A DNA stretch of 64,000 nt from Tubiluchus corallicola (GCA_030141605.1 JAQGDQ010002393.1:62001-126000); one strand, 5' to 3'. Positions 29,782 to 41,185 are shown, numbered from the stretch's first letter. Notes: generated by a model not told the origin, from the letters alone. Program-made: numbers and translations.

Positions 29782-30747
29782 TTAAAACCCACTACTTTTC
29801 AATCGCAAACCAGTATTTTCTGGCAAGCCAAACATCAAATTCATATTCTGAACTGCTTGCCCTGATGCACCTTTTAGCAGATTGTCAATCATTCCAATAA
29901 TCATTACATTATCATTATGTTTCTCCAAATATACTACTGCTTTGTTTGTATTTACCACTTGTTTCAAATCAGGATTATCTTCTAACACTACAACAAAAGG
30001 ATGCTCAGCATAATAATTAGCGTATATTCTTTGAAGTTCTGTTAAGGGTTTATCACATTTTATAACTGAAGTTGCAAAGATACCACGTGTATGATTACCC
30101 CTAATAGGAATAAAGCTAATAGCGCTACTAAAATTACTTTGTAGTTGTTTAATACTCTGACCTATTTCTGCCAAATGTTGGTGAGTAAAAGCCTTATAAA
30201 CTGATATATTGCTACATCTCCAGCTAAAGTGCGAAGTAGGTGTAGGAGCTTGTCCAGCACCCGTAGAACCAGTAATAGCATTCACCACCACATCGTTTTG
30301 TAGTAAATTTTCTTTGGCTAAAGGTAATAGAGACAGTTCAATAGCCGTGGCAAAGCATCCCGGATTGGCAATATACTTTGCACTTTTTATTTTCTCTCGT
30401 TGTAACTCAGGTAAACCATAAATAAAGTTGTGATTATCATCTTTAATCCTAAAGTCGTGACTTAAATCAATTACTTTCACCTCATTTGGCACATTATTTA
30501 TTTCCATAAATTCCTTAGACCTTCCGTGTCCCATACATAAGAAAAGTACGTCTACATCATAGCTCACCTTGTCCGAAAACTTCAAGTCTGTTTCTCCTGC
30601 CAAATCACGATGTACTTCTGACAAAACGTTACCTTTGTTACTATTACTATGTACAAAGGAAATATGCACATTCGAATGATGTAGTAATATACGTATTAAC
30701 TCACCTCCCGTGTAGCCTGCGCCACCTACTATTCCTGCTTTTATCAT
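29782..30747 (-). CDS. argC: N-acetyl-gamma-glutamyl-phosphate reductase
   Basis: GGAGYTGGEL, YGLPE, IANPGCFAT, DNLLKGASGQAVQNMN. Confidence 0.96.
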   Translation of the reverse strand: MIKAGIVGGAGYTGGELIRILLHHSNVHISFVHSNSNKGNVLSEVHRDLAGETDLKFSDKVSYDVDVLFLCMGHGRSKEFMEINNVPNEVKVIDLSHDFRIKDDNHNFIYGLPELQREKIKSAKYIANPGCFATAIELSLLPLAKENLLQNDVVVNAITGSTGAGQAPTPTSHFSWRCSNISVYKAFTHQHLAEIGQSIKQLQSNFSSAISFIPIRGNHTRGIFATSVIKCDKPLTELQRIYANYYAEHPFVVVLEDNPDLKQVVNTNKAVVYLEKHNDNVMIIGMIDNLLKGASGQAVQNMNLMFGLPENTGLRLKSSGF

Positions 30748-30989
30748 CTTTTATTCTTATTGTGTCAATATGTAATCTATTAGCAAAAAGCAATATACAA
30801 TATGTTGTCGTTTCTACTTCCAAACAAGCTCGTGCTTGAACAGGCAGAGAGGCAACAATTACATAACTTAACCTTATTATGAAAAAATAAATATTACAAA
30901 AATAATAAAATAAACCTATTTATATGTAACTACAATAGACGTAAATTTATACCCACTATAATACACATCTTATTAAATTTATCTATCAC

Positions 30990-31021
30990 TTTGTTTAAAA
31001 CTACTTTTTTAAGTAAATTTG
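30990..31021 (+). promoter_or_regulatory. Bacteroidota sigma-A promoter of thr operon
   Basis: TTTG (30990-93), 20-bp spacer, TAAATTTG (31014-21), about 40 bp before thrA. Confidence 0.7.
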
Positions 31022-31062
31022 CAAACCCATTTAACACGTTTTATGCAGTTAAAAATTAAATA

Positions 31063-33507
31063 ATGAAAATACTGAAATTTAGCAATACTATTCTCACTTC
31101 TTCTAAGGATATAGTCAAAGTTGTAAATATTGTCAAATATAAAGCTTCTCAAGAAAATATTATTATAGTGACTTCTGCATTTGATAATATGAAGCAGAAT
31201 CTTAAAGAGGTGAAACAATTAGTTTCTCGCTCTGACAAAGCATATATAGACAAAATAAAAGAAATAGAGAAACATCTTTATGGAATTGTAGACGAGCTTA
31301 TACCTATTACTGAGCAAAGTGAAATAAAAGGTCATATCAAAATACTTATCAACGAACTTGACGACTTTTGCCAAGGTATATTTCTTGTAAGTGAGGTAAC
31401 TATAAAAGCTTATCATTATTTACTCTCTTTTGGAGAAACCATCTCTACTTACTTATTGCATAAAATATTACAACAAAACGATATTGATGTAAAACTTGTA
31501 GATGCTAAACAACTGATAGAAACCAATGATAATTTTGGGAAAGTAAGTATAAATTTTCCTGCCACTACAAGAAAGGTAAAAAAAGTTCTTGATATTAAAA
31601 GAAATATTATTCTTTCAGGAAGTATAGCCTCAACTCCTGATAATTATACTATAAGACTGGGCAAAGGAGGAGATGAATATACAGCCTCTACCATAGCCAA
31701 TATTTTAAAAATAGATACGTTAGAAATGTGGTCAAATAAAGAAGGTATAATGACATCCAACAAAGATTTGGTGCCACACGCCTATCCCATACCTAAACTA
31801 TCTTACGAAGAAGCACTTGAACTGTTGCATTTTGGGGAGAAAGTATTGTACCCTCCATCCATACACTCTATAGTAGGCACAAATACAAAAATAAACATTA
31901 GGAACATCAACGAACCAGAAAAAACAGGCACACTTATCATCAAAGAGGTAGTAAGCACTCCTCAAATAATTAAAGGAATATCCTCTGTAGGTAACATTGC
32001 ACTCATTACAGTTTCAGGAAGTGGTATGATAGGCATACATGGTATTGCTCAACGATTGTTCAATTCGCTTGCTATTAATAAAATAAACGTGATATTTATC
32101 ACACAAAGTTCTTCTGAGCATACTATTACTATAGGAATCACACAACAAAACCTTAAAAAAGCAACCACAGCTATAGAAAACGAGTTTGTTACAGAAATAA
32201 AACAAAAGAGAATAGACAAAGTTCTCAAAGAACAATATTTATCAGTCATTGCACTCGTAGGTGATACAATGAAAGAACATATAGGACTATGTGGACAAAT
32301 ATTCCAAGCACTTGGTAAAAATGGTATCAACATAAGAGGTATAGCACAAGGTTCTACCGAAAGAAATATATCCATTGTTATATCAAATAAAGACGAAAAA
32401 AAAGCCCTCAACACACTACACGAAAGTCTTTTCTTATCAGAAACCCGTCAAGCACACTTGTTTCTAATAGGAGTGGGAAATGTAGGGGGAACACTTATTA
32501 ACCAACTAAAAGAGCAACAACAATACATTAAGGATATACATCATATAGAACCCAAAATATCAGCGATAGCCAACAGTAAAAAAATGCTTTTCAATGCAGA
32601 AGGAGTTGATTTAGCTAACTGGGAACAGGAGCTGGAGAAAAAAGGAAAACCAATGGACCTAGATTTTTATACTCGAAAAATGAAAAAACTAAACCTACGC
32701 AATAGTATCTTTGTAGATAATACTGCCAGCGAAGAAATAAGCCAAATATACTCAAAGGTTCTATCAGAAAGCATATCAATAGCTACGTCCAATAAAATAG
32801 CAGCTGCATCTGATTATGAAAACTATGCACATCTTAAACAACTTGCTAAAGACCATAGTGCACAATACAATTATGAAACCAATGTAGGAGCAGGCTTGCC
32901 TATTATCAAAACTATCAACGACTTAATATTATCAGGCGATGAAATATTAAAAATAGAAGCCATCTTGTCAGGCAGCCTCAACTTTATATTTAATACATTC
33001 AGTAAAGAAACTTCATTTTACAATGCTGTAAAACAAGCAAGAGAAGAAGGCTATACTGAACCCGACCCACGTATAGATCTTAGCGGTATAGATGTAATGC
33101 GTAAGATATTGATACTTGCTCGAGAAACAGGAGCAACTCTCAACATAGAAGAAGTGAAAAACGAACGGTTTTTGCCAAGTGGATGTATTGATACCCAAAG
33201 TATAGAAGAGTTTATGCAAGAACTGCAAAAAAATGCTCAACACTTTGATGAATTAAGATTAGAAGCAGAAAAAGAAAATAAAAAACTAAAATTTGTAGCT
33301 CAATACGATGGCAAAGGAGCTAAGGTGGGCTTACAGGCTGTGGGCGACGACCATCCCTTCTACAATCTTGCAGGAAAGGACAACATAGTGCTACTCACTA
33401 CAAAACGCTATCAAGACCAACCAATGGTGGTGCAAGGAGCAGGAGCAGGAGCAGAGGTAACAGCATCTGGAGTATTTACTGATATTATTAGAGCTATAAA
33501 TGAATAA
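31063..33507 (+). CDS. thrA: ThrA-type aspartokinase-ACT-ACT-homoserine dehydrogenase; kinase active-site motifs degenerate
   Basis: HSD motifs GVGNVG, NK, YETNVGAGLP, GYTEPDPRIDLSG and ACT motifs QSSSE, QGSTE intact; kinase motifs altered (see findings). Confidence 0.92.
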   Translation: MKILKFSNTILTSSKDIVKVVNIVKYKASQENIIIVTSAFDNMKQNLKEVKQLVSRSDKAYIDKIKEIEKHLYGIVDELIPITEQSEIKGHIKILINELDDFCQGIFLVSEVTIKAYHYLLSFGETISTYLLHKILQQNDIDVKLVDAKQLIETNDNFGKVSINFPATTRKVKKVLDIKRNIILSGSIASTPDNYTIRLGKGGDEYTASTIANILKIDTLEMWSNKEGIMTSNKDLVPHAYPIPKLSYEEALELLHFGEKVLYPPSIHSIVGTNTKINIRNINEPEKTGTLIIKEVVSTPQIIKGISSVGNIALITVSGSGMIGIHGIAQRLFNSLAINKINVIFITQSSSEHTITIGITQQNLKKATTAIENEFVTEIKQKRIDKVLKEQYLSVIALVGDTMKEHIGLCGQIFQALGKNGINIRGIAQGSTERNISIVISNKDEKKALNTLHESLFLSETRQAHLFLIGVGNVGGTLINQLKEQQQYIKDIHHIEPKISAIANSKKMLFNAEGVDLANWEQELEKKGKPMDLDFYTRKMKKLNLRNSIFVDNTASEEISQIYSKVLSESISIATSNKIAAASDYENYAHLKQLAKDHSAQYNYETNVGAGLPIIKTINDLILSGDEILKIEAILSGSLNFIFNTFSKETSFYNAVKQAREEGYTEPDPRIDLSGIDVMRKILILARETGATLNIEEVKNERFLPSGCIDTQSIEEFMQELQKNAQHFDELRLEAEKENKKLKFVAQYDGKGAKVGLQAVGDDHPFYNLAGKDNIVLLTTKRYQDQPMVVQGAGAGAEVTASGVFTDIIRAINE

Positions 33508-33542
33508 CCTAATTTACATTCTACACAATAATTTACATTTCA

Positions 33543-33704
33543 ATAAAAAAATACAGTGCAATATTTCCCAAAGCATTGCCCAAATGGTTTATCAAATTAT
33601 TTACCCAAGAGAAAGATACTATATTTGAACCATTTAAGGAGTTGGGAACGGTCAAATTTGTTGTACAAGAAATGAGTTGAAACACTATTGGAGTTGAAAT
33701 ATAA
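33543..33704 (+). pseudogene. Remnant of an N4/N6 site-specific DNA methyltransferase C-terminus
   Basis: Reads KKYSAIFPKALPKWFIKLFTQEKDTIFEPFKELGTVKFVVQEMS*NTIGVEI*, matching the H.A.FP..LP.WFI.LFT...D.VLDPF.GSGT...R..IG.E pattern; internal stop, no start. Confidence 0.75.
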
Positions 33705-33801
33705 AACCTTTTAAAATAAACTACTTAAAGGATAAAATATAGTAAAAATGAAAAACTTTGCAACACTACTCAAGCAAATAACCACCTCATCTTAAAAACA
33801 T

Positions 33802-34728
33802 ATGAATGAAATAAAAGTTTTTGCACCTGCTACAGTAGCCAACGTTAGTTGTGGTTTTGATATATTAGGTTTCCCACTACAAGGTGTAGGCGATACAATA
33901 GTTGTAAAAAAGACAGAGGAAAAAGGTGTAATAATAACCAATATAGAAGGTGCGGACAACCTACCCTTAGAAGCAGATAAGAATGTATGTGGTGTGATTG
34001 CAAAAAAAATAATAGCTGACCACAATATTGTACAAGGTGTAGAAATACAAATAATAAAGGGAGTGAAATCTGGTAGTGGTATGGGGTCGAGTGCTGCCAG
34101 TTCATCAGGAATAGCTTATGCTATAAATAAACTTTTTAATATTAATTTATCAACAAAGAACTTAGTAAAATACGCAATGTTGGGCGAAAAGCTAGCATCG
34201 GGAGTAGCCCACGCCGATAATGTAGCCCCTGCACTGTTTGGAGGCTTTACACTTGTAAGAAGTTATGCACCCTTAGATATTATAAAAATAAACACTCCAT
34301 CTGAACTATACGCTACTGTAATACATCCACAAATAGAAGTAAAAACAAAAAATGCACGTGAAATACTTAAAAAAGGTATCTTGCTAAAAGACGCTATACA
34401 ACAATGGGGTAATGTAGCAGGGTTAATAGCTGGCTTACAACAAGAGGACTATAAACTTATAAGTCGTTCGCTAGAGGATGTAATCATAGAACCTATACGC
34501 TCTATACTTATCCCTAAATTTGACATCTTAAAAGAATCCATAAAAAAAATAGGAGCTTTAGGCTGTGGCATATCAGGCTCAGGCCCTTCTATTTTTGCTC
34601 TCTCAAAAGGAGAGAACAAGGCTAAAAAAGTAAAAGAAATAATGAATAATATTTATAAAAATTTAGGCATTGATTTTGATATTTACATATCTAAAATCAA
34701 TTTAGAAGGTTGTAAAGTAATTACTTAA
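33802..34728 (+). CDS. thrB: homoserine kinase
   Basis: APATVANVSCGFD, GSGMGSSAAS, HADNVAP, ISGSGPS. Confidence 0.96.
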   Translation: MNEIKVFAPATVANVSCGFDILGFPLQGVGDTIVVKKTEEKGVIITNIEGADNLPLEADKNVCGVIAKKIIADHNIVQGVEIQIIKGVKSGSGMGSSAASSSGIAYAINKLFNINLSTKNLVKYAMLGEKLASGVAHADNVAPALFGGFTLVRSYAPLDIIKINTPSELYATVIHPQIEVKTKNAREILKKGILLKDAIQQWGNVAGLIAGLQQEDYKLISRSLEDVIIEPIRSILIPKFDILKESIKKIGALGCGISGSGPSIFALSKGENKAKKVKEIMNNIYKNLGIDFDIYISKINLEGCKVIT

Positions 34729-34733
34729 AGAAT

Positions 34734-34915
34734 ATGTTAATTGATGCGATAAGGAAAGTAGATGCAGAGGATAGTTTCAATGAAATAAGAAATTTATCGC
34801 CAAGTATATTTAAAAAACTATTTGATAATGATAAATTTTTGAACAAATAATTTTAACTATTTTTCCTGAAAAAAAGTTTTAAATATGCTTATTAAATACT
34901 TTGAAACAAAAAATA
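34734..34915 (+). pseudogene. Frameshifted fragment of an unidentified gene between thrB and thrC
   Basis: 38-aa ORF MLIDAIRKVDAEDSFNEIRNLSPSIFKKLFDNDK... (34734-34850); protein-like continuation FEQIILTIFPEKK / VLNMLIKYFETK in shifted frames. Confidence 0.4.
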
Positions 34916-34957
34916 AAAAGAATTATTCTACCATAAGAAGTTATAAATAATAGTAAA

Positions 34958-36256
34958 ATGCAATACATAAGCACAAACAAGCAAACAAAAGATACCACGT
35001 TTAAAGAAGCCGTAGTGAAAGGCTTAGCAGATGATAAAGGTCTTTTCTACCCCACACAGCTATACAAACTGTCCCCTACATTTTATGATAGTATTGATAA
35101 GCTAAGCTTGCAAGAAATAGCATTCAAAGTAATTCAACAGTTTGTGGGTAATGACATACCAGAAAAAAACCTAAGGAAAATAATATCGGATACTCTTAAT
35201 TTTGAAATACCACTTGTAGAGGTAGAAGAAAACATACATGTTTTAGAACTTTTTCACGGACCTACTCTTGCTTTCAAAGACGTAGGAGCTAGGTTTATGG
35301 CTCGCTGTTTGGGTCACTTTCGCGAAGAAGAAAAACCTATCAATGTGTTAGTTGCCACATCAGGAGACACTGGTAGTGCAGTAGCCAATGGATTTTGGAA
35401 TATAGAAGGAATCAATGTAGTGGTTCTTTACCCCAGTAAAAAAGTAAGCGAGATACAAGAAAAACAACTTACCACACTGGACAAGAATATAACGGCTTTG
35501 GAGGTAAATGGAACTTTTGACAATTGTCAGAAATTAGTAAAGGATGCTTTTGCGGACAAGTCGCTTAATATTGATATGCAACTTACCTCTGCCAATTCTA
35601 TTAACATTGCACGCTGGTTACCACAGTCGTTTTATTATTTTTATGCTTATTCTCAGATGAAAAGCATTAATAAGCCCATAGTAGTTTCTGTTCCTAGCGG
35701 AAACTATGGCAATCTTGCAGCAGGGTTACTGGCAAAACAATTGGGGTTGCCCATTCAGAAGTTTATAGCAGCTTCCAATATTAATGATATTGTGCCAGAA
35801 TATTTAAAAACAAAAACATATACACCACGTCCTTCGCAGCAAACTATTTCTAATGCTATGGATGTAGGAGACCCAAGTAATTATGCTCGTATTATGGAGA
35901 TGTATGAACAGTCGTGGGAAAAATTGATAAAAGACCTTACAGGGTATAGTTTCACTGATAATGACACAAAAGAAGCCATCAAAAAGGTGTATGAAAAGCA
36001 AAAGTACTTATTAGACCCACACGGGGCAGTAGGCTATCTTGCTTTAAAAGAGTTTTTGAAAGAGAATAAAAACTATACTGGTATTTTCTTAGAAACGGCA
36101 CATCCTGCTAAGTTTTTAGATGTAGTAGAACCTACTATTGGCGAAGAAATAGAGATTCCAAAACGCTTACAAGCCTCTTTAAAAAAGGATAAGCAGGCTA
36201 TACAGATAGATAACAATTTGGATGATTTGAAAAAGGTTTTGTATGATATTGTATAA
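34958..36256 (+). CDS. thrC: threonine synthase
   Basis: ELFHGPTLAFKD (PLP lysine), ATSGDTG, SANSIN, VPSGN, DPHGA, TAHPAKF. Confidence 0.97.
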   Translation: MQYISTNKQTKDTTFKEAVVKGLADDKGLFYPTQLYKLSPTFYDSIDKLSLQEIAFKVIQQFVGNDIPEKNLRKIISDTLNFEIPLVEVEENIHVLELFHGPTLAFKDVGARFMARCLGHFREEEKPINVLVATSGDTGSAVANGFWNIEGINVVVLYPSKKVSEIQEKQLTTLDKNITALEVNGTFDNCQKLVKDAFADKSLNIDMQLTSANSINIARWLPQSFYYFYAYSQMKSINKPIVVSVPSGNYGNLAAGLLAKQLGLPIQKFIAASNINDIVPEYLKTKTYTPRPSQQTISNAMDVGDPSNYARIMEMYEQSWEKLIKDLTGYSFTDNDTKEAIKKVYEKQKYLLDPHGAVGYLALKEFLKENKNYTGIFLETAHPAKFLDVVEPTIGEEIEIPKRLQASLKKDKQAIQIDNNLDDLKKVLYDIV

Positions 36257-36315
36257 TCAATTAGGCAATTAGTATATTACTTGTTTTATTCCCTTAACTG
36301 ATTTTATATATTTTT

Positions 36316-38295
<1,980 letters not shown>

Positions 38296-38529
38296 TTACT
38301 TCTATATATTGCAAAAATAACAAAAAAACACACCCTAAACATCAAATTTATTAACAAGTCAGAATAACAATTTTTGTTATTTCTTCTAACTTTTCAAATA
38401 GTCAGAAAAATCAAGTCTTTTCGCACTAAAAATCAAAGTTTTATTTTTTAATTATTTTTATTTTCTACTTTTTTTATTCATAAATAGAAAATAAAACGGA
38501 CTTGTGAACGGACTACTTTTTAATAAAGC

Positions 38530-38769
38530 CTATGATATGATAAGTACTGTATCTTTTCTCAAAAATAAAGAAAAAAACACTAACAAAAAAATAAATTCTA
38601 AAAGTTTTTCAGGTATTTTTTTTACTGCTCCATTTAGAACTTTGCTAAAATTAGAGCTATCAACACCCATTTTTAAAAAAGTTGTCTTTGAGATGCGAAA
38701 AAACTATGGCTTTTCAAGATGTCTTAATACATATTTAAGTCTTTGACCCAATGTTTGTAAATTTTTCAT
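38530..38769 (-). pseudogene. XRE/Cro-C1 HTH regulator remnant
   Basis: MKNLQTLGQRLKYVLRHLEKP* then in frame ...KMGVDSSNFSKVLNGAVKKIPEKLLEFI; SQRQLF in an adjacent frame restores a typical XRE helix. Confidence 0.6.
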
Positions 38770-38908
38770 ATTATTCTAAATTTTAAAAATAGAAGAAAAA
38801 TAGTAAAATTATTTAAAACTGTTTCATCCTTATAATAAATTAGTTATGTTTATTTCAAGAAAATAAGCATAAAAAAATAAAGTAATTATGTAGTAAAATA
38901 TTTTTTTG

Positions 38909-38974
38909 TACTATACATTTGTTTTTTCACTAAAATCAGTTACTATACATTTTTTTACAAAAAAAGTATAGTAA
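38909..38974. promoter_or_regulatory. Operator-like repeat array
   Basis: TACTATACATTT direct repeat (38909-20, 38941-52); inverted pair TTACTATAC (38940-48) / GTATAGTAA (38966-74); TACATTTG -7-like box at 38914-21. Confidence 0.5.
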
Positions 38975-39218
38975 TCGCATCGTAAAAATATGAAAATACA
39001 CCCAAGCAGAAATATATCTTAGATTGGGAACGGAGGAAACAGCTAAAAAAGCAAAAAAATAGAGTTTTTCAACTAAAAAGTTCTTTAATCAAACTGTTAT
39101 ATTATGAACATAAATTTTTCGTTAAAAAGCAACAAAAATAAAAACAATATAAACATAATAACATACGTTATACATCAAAAACAACAATGACACAACAATC
39201 ATTGTTATTATTTTCGTA

Positions 39219-40115
39219 TTGAAAAACCTAAAAAATCAGGGAATGAATCTATACATAGTAATAGCAGTGTTCAACAGAAAGGAATACACACTTAACTGTT
39301 TACAACAACTACAACATCAAACCTATAAAGATTTCAAAGTAGTTCTTGTTGATGACGGTTCAACTGACAACACAGCCAGAGAGGTAAGAAAACACTATCC
39401 CAACACTACTATTATCAATGGTACTGGCAATTGGTGGTGGACAAAATCAATGAACGAAGGTATAAAGTATGCTCTCAAACAACAAGCTTCACATATGTTG
39501 TTTATGAATAATGACAATGATTTTGATAATAACTACCTGCAAACCCTTGTAACTCTTTCTCAACAAAATCCTAATGCTATTATAGGTTCATTAGACATAA
39601 CACAAACCAACAATCCTCAAATATTTTTCTCAGGCATCAAAAAGATGATATGGTGGAAAGCTAAGTCTATTAAATATCATAAAAACTACGAGTATTATAT
39701 GGGTAATCTTAGAGGGCTACATCACTCTGAAGTTCTCAATGGTAGAGGCACCATAGTCCCTGCCAAAGTGTTTGACAAGGTTGGTCTGCTGGATGAAAAA
39801 AATCTACCTCAATACGCCTCTGATTTTGACTTTGTGCTAATGGCAAAGAGAAAAGGCTTTAAAACATTTATTAGTTGGGACGCTGTATTATATTCCTATG
39901 TGGAAACTACTGGCGAAGGGAAACCTTACATTAAGCAATCACTCTCAAAATTTCTTAAAACATTCTTGCAAAAATACACACAAACCAGTCTCTCAACTAG
40001 TCTCAACTATTACAAAAAACACTGTAAATGGTATCAGCTTCCAACGGCTTTTACCATAGACAAAATGCGACTATTGTACTCCTACTACAAACGCCAAAAC
40101 ACCTTTGTAAATTAA
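39219..40115 (+). CDS. GT2 glycosyltransferase (likely start ATG 39243)
   Basis: VIAVFNR, VDDGSTDNT, GNWWW..SMN, MNND, LPQYASDFDF. Confidence 0.9.
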   Translation: MKNLKNQGMNLYIVIAVFNRKEYTLNCLQQLQHQTYKDFKVVLVDDGSTDNTAREVRKHYPNTTIINGTGNWWWTKSMNEGIKYALKQQASHMLFMNNDNDFDNNYLQTLVTLSQQNPNAIIGSLDITQTNNPQIFFSGIKKMIWWKAKSIKYHKNYEYYMGNLRGLHHSEVLNGRGTIVPAKVFDKVGLLDEKNLPQYASDFDFVLMAKRKGFKTFISWDAVLYSYVETTGEGKPYIKQSLSKFLKTFLQKYTQTSLSTSLNYYKKHCKWYQLPTAFTIDKMRLLYSYYKRQNTFVN

Positions 40116-40119
40116 TAAT

Positions 40120-41100
40120 ATGATAGCTTTCATCGTTATAGGAAAAAATGAGGAACGAAATCTTCCACAATGTTTTAAAAGCATACAAAACACCATTGAA
40201 CAAAACAAAATACCTCGTTATGAAATTATTTACGTTGATTCTGCCTCTACCGACAATAGTATAGCTATAGCCCAGCGATGGGGCAACATAAAAATCATAG
40301 CACTTGAAGGAAAATGCAATGCTGCCATAGGTAGAAATACGGGAGCAGCAAACACTAAAGCAGATGTTCTCTATTTCATAGATGGGGATATGGAACTTAA
40401 CCCTGATTTTATTCCGCACGTGTTTACTTTCGACTTTCAATTGAAATACCCCTTTATATCTGGACAGTTAGATTACCTCTATTACAACTCACAAGGTAAA
40501 TTTCTCAAAAAAGCACCATACCATACTTGTGTTCTTAATGGCGATAAGTATCAGTCTACCACAGGTGGTTTATTTATTATCGCACGCGAATTGTGGGAGA
40601 AAAATAAAGGGATGGATATACGACTGCGTACTGGAGAAGATCTTGATATAGGGCTGCGTCTTAGACAGCAAAAAACTTTACTATTACGCAAACAACAAAC
40701 AATGGCAGTTCACCACACCCAAGATTACAAGGATCACCAAAGATTATGGGCGGATTTGTGGAAAGGGAACACTTTATATAGCCGAGGACTACTCTACCGT
40801 AAGCACTTACTAAGAGCCAACCTACATATCCTACCACGTATATTAAAAAGCGACCCCACTACTCCTTTACTTTTCATTGCCTTTTTATCAACTTTTACTT
40901 TCTACTCCACATACGTCATCCTCACTTATTTCACTGCACTTATTTTGGCATTACTTTTCTTTCAAAAATATGATAGATGGTATCAGTTTTTTGAACGTAT
41001 ACCCTATTACGTGCTTAGAGATTTTCTCAATTTATATGCCTTTTTTTTCTTTTATCCCAGCAAAAAAATAAAATATTGTAGCAGATATGTTACAAAATAA
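40120..41100 (+). CDS. GT2 glycosyltransferase with C-terminal TM segments
   Basis: IVIGKNEE, YVDSASTDNS, GRNTG, FIDGD, GEDLD. Confidence 0.9.
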   Translation: MIAFIVIGKNEERNLPQCFKSIQNTIEQNKIPRYEIIYVDSASTDNSIAIAQRWGNIKIIALEGKCNAAIGRNTGAANTKADVLYFIDGDMELNPDFIPHVFTFDFQLKYPFISGQLDYLYYNSQGKFLKKAPYHTCVLNGDKYQSTTGGLFIIARELWEKNKGMDIRLRTGEDLDIGLRLRQQKTLLLRKQQTMAVHHTQDYKDHQRLWADLWKGNTLYSRGLLYRKHLLRANLHILPRILKSDPTTPLLFIAFLSTFTFYSTYVILTYFTALILALLFFQKYDRWYQFFERIPYYVLRDFLNLYAFFFFYPSKKIKYCSRYVTK

Positions 41101-41185
41101 TTTGAGCAATTGTGTACTCTTACATTCATTTTGAAACTAAAATGAAGGCACTAAGGTTAATAGCATATTGCTGTTCAGAGTAAAA

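Noticed and set aside
30750-30880. RidA-like peptide remnant (VASLPVQARACLEVE) on the minus strand
   Set aside because: Too short, no start codon and no other RidA motifs; the hairpin explains the composition better
31022-31062. Thr/Ile leader-peptide attenuator for the thr operon
   Set aside because: The leader is about 40 nt with no Thr-rich ORF and no terminator hairpin
36255-36303. Bidirectional terminator between thrC and gyrB (AATCAATTAGG...CTTAACTGATT)
   Set aside because: AT-rich imperfect stem with a long loop; too weak to call
38504-38746. 80-aa plus-strand ORF in the gyrB upstream region
   Set aside because: No recognisable motif; it is the antisense shadow of the XRE-like remnant on the minus strand
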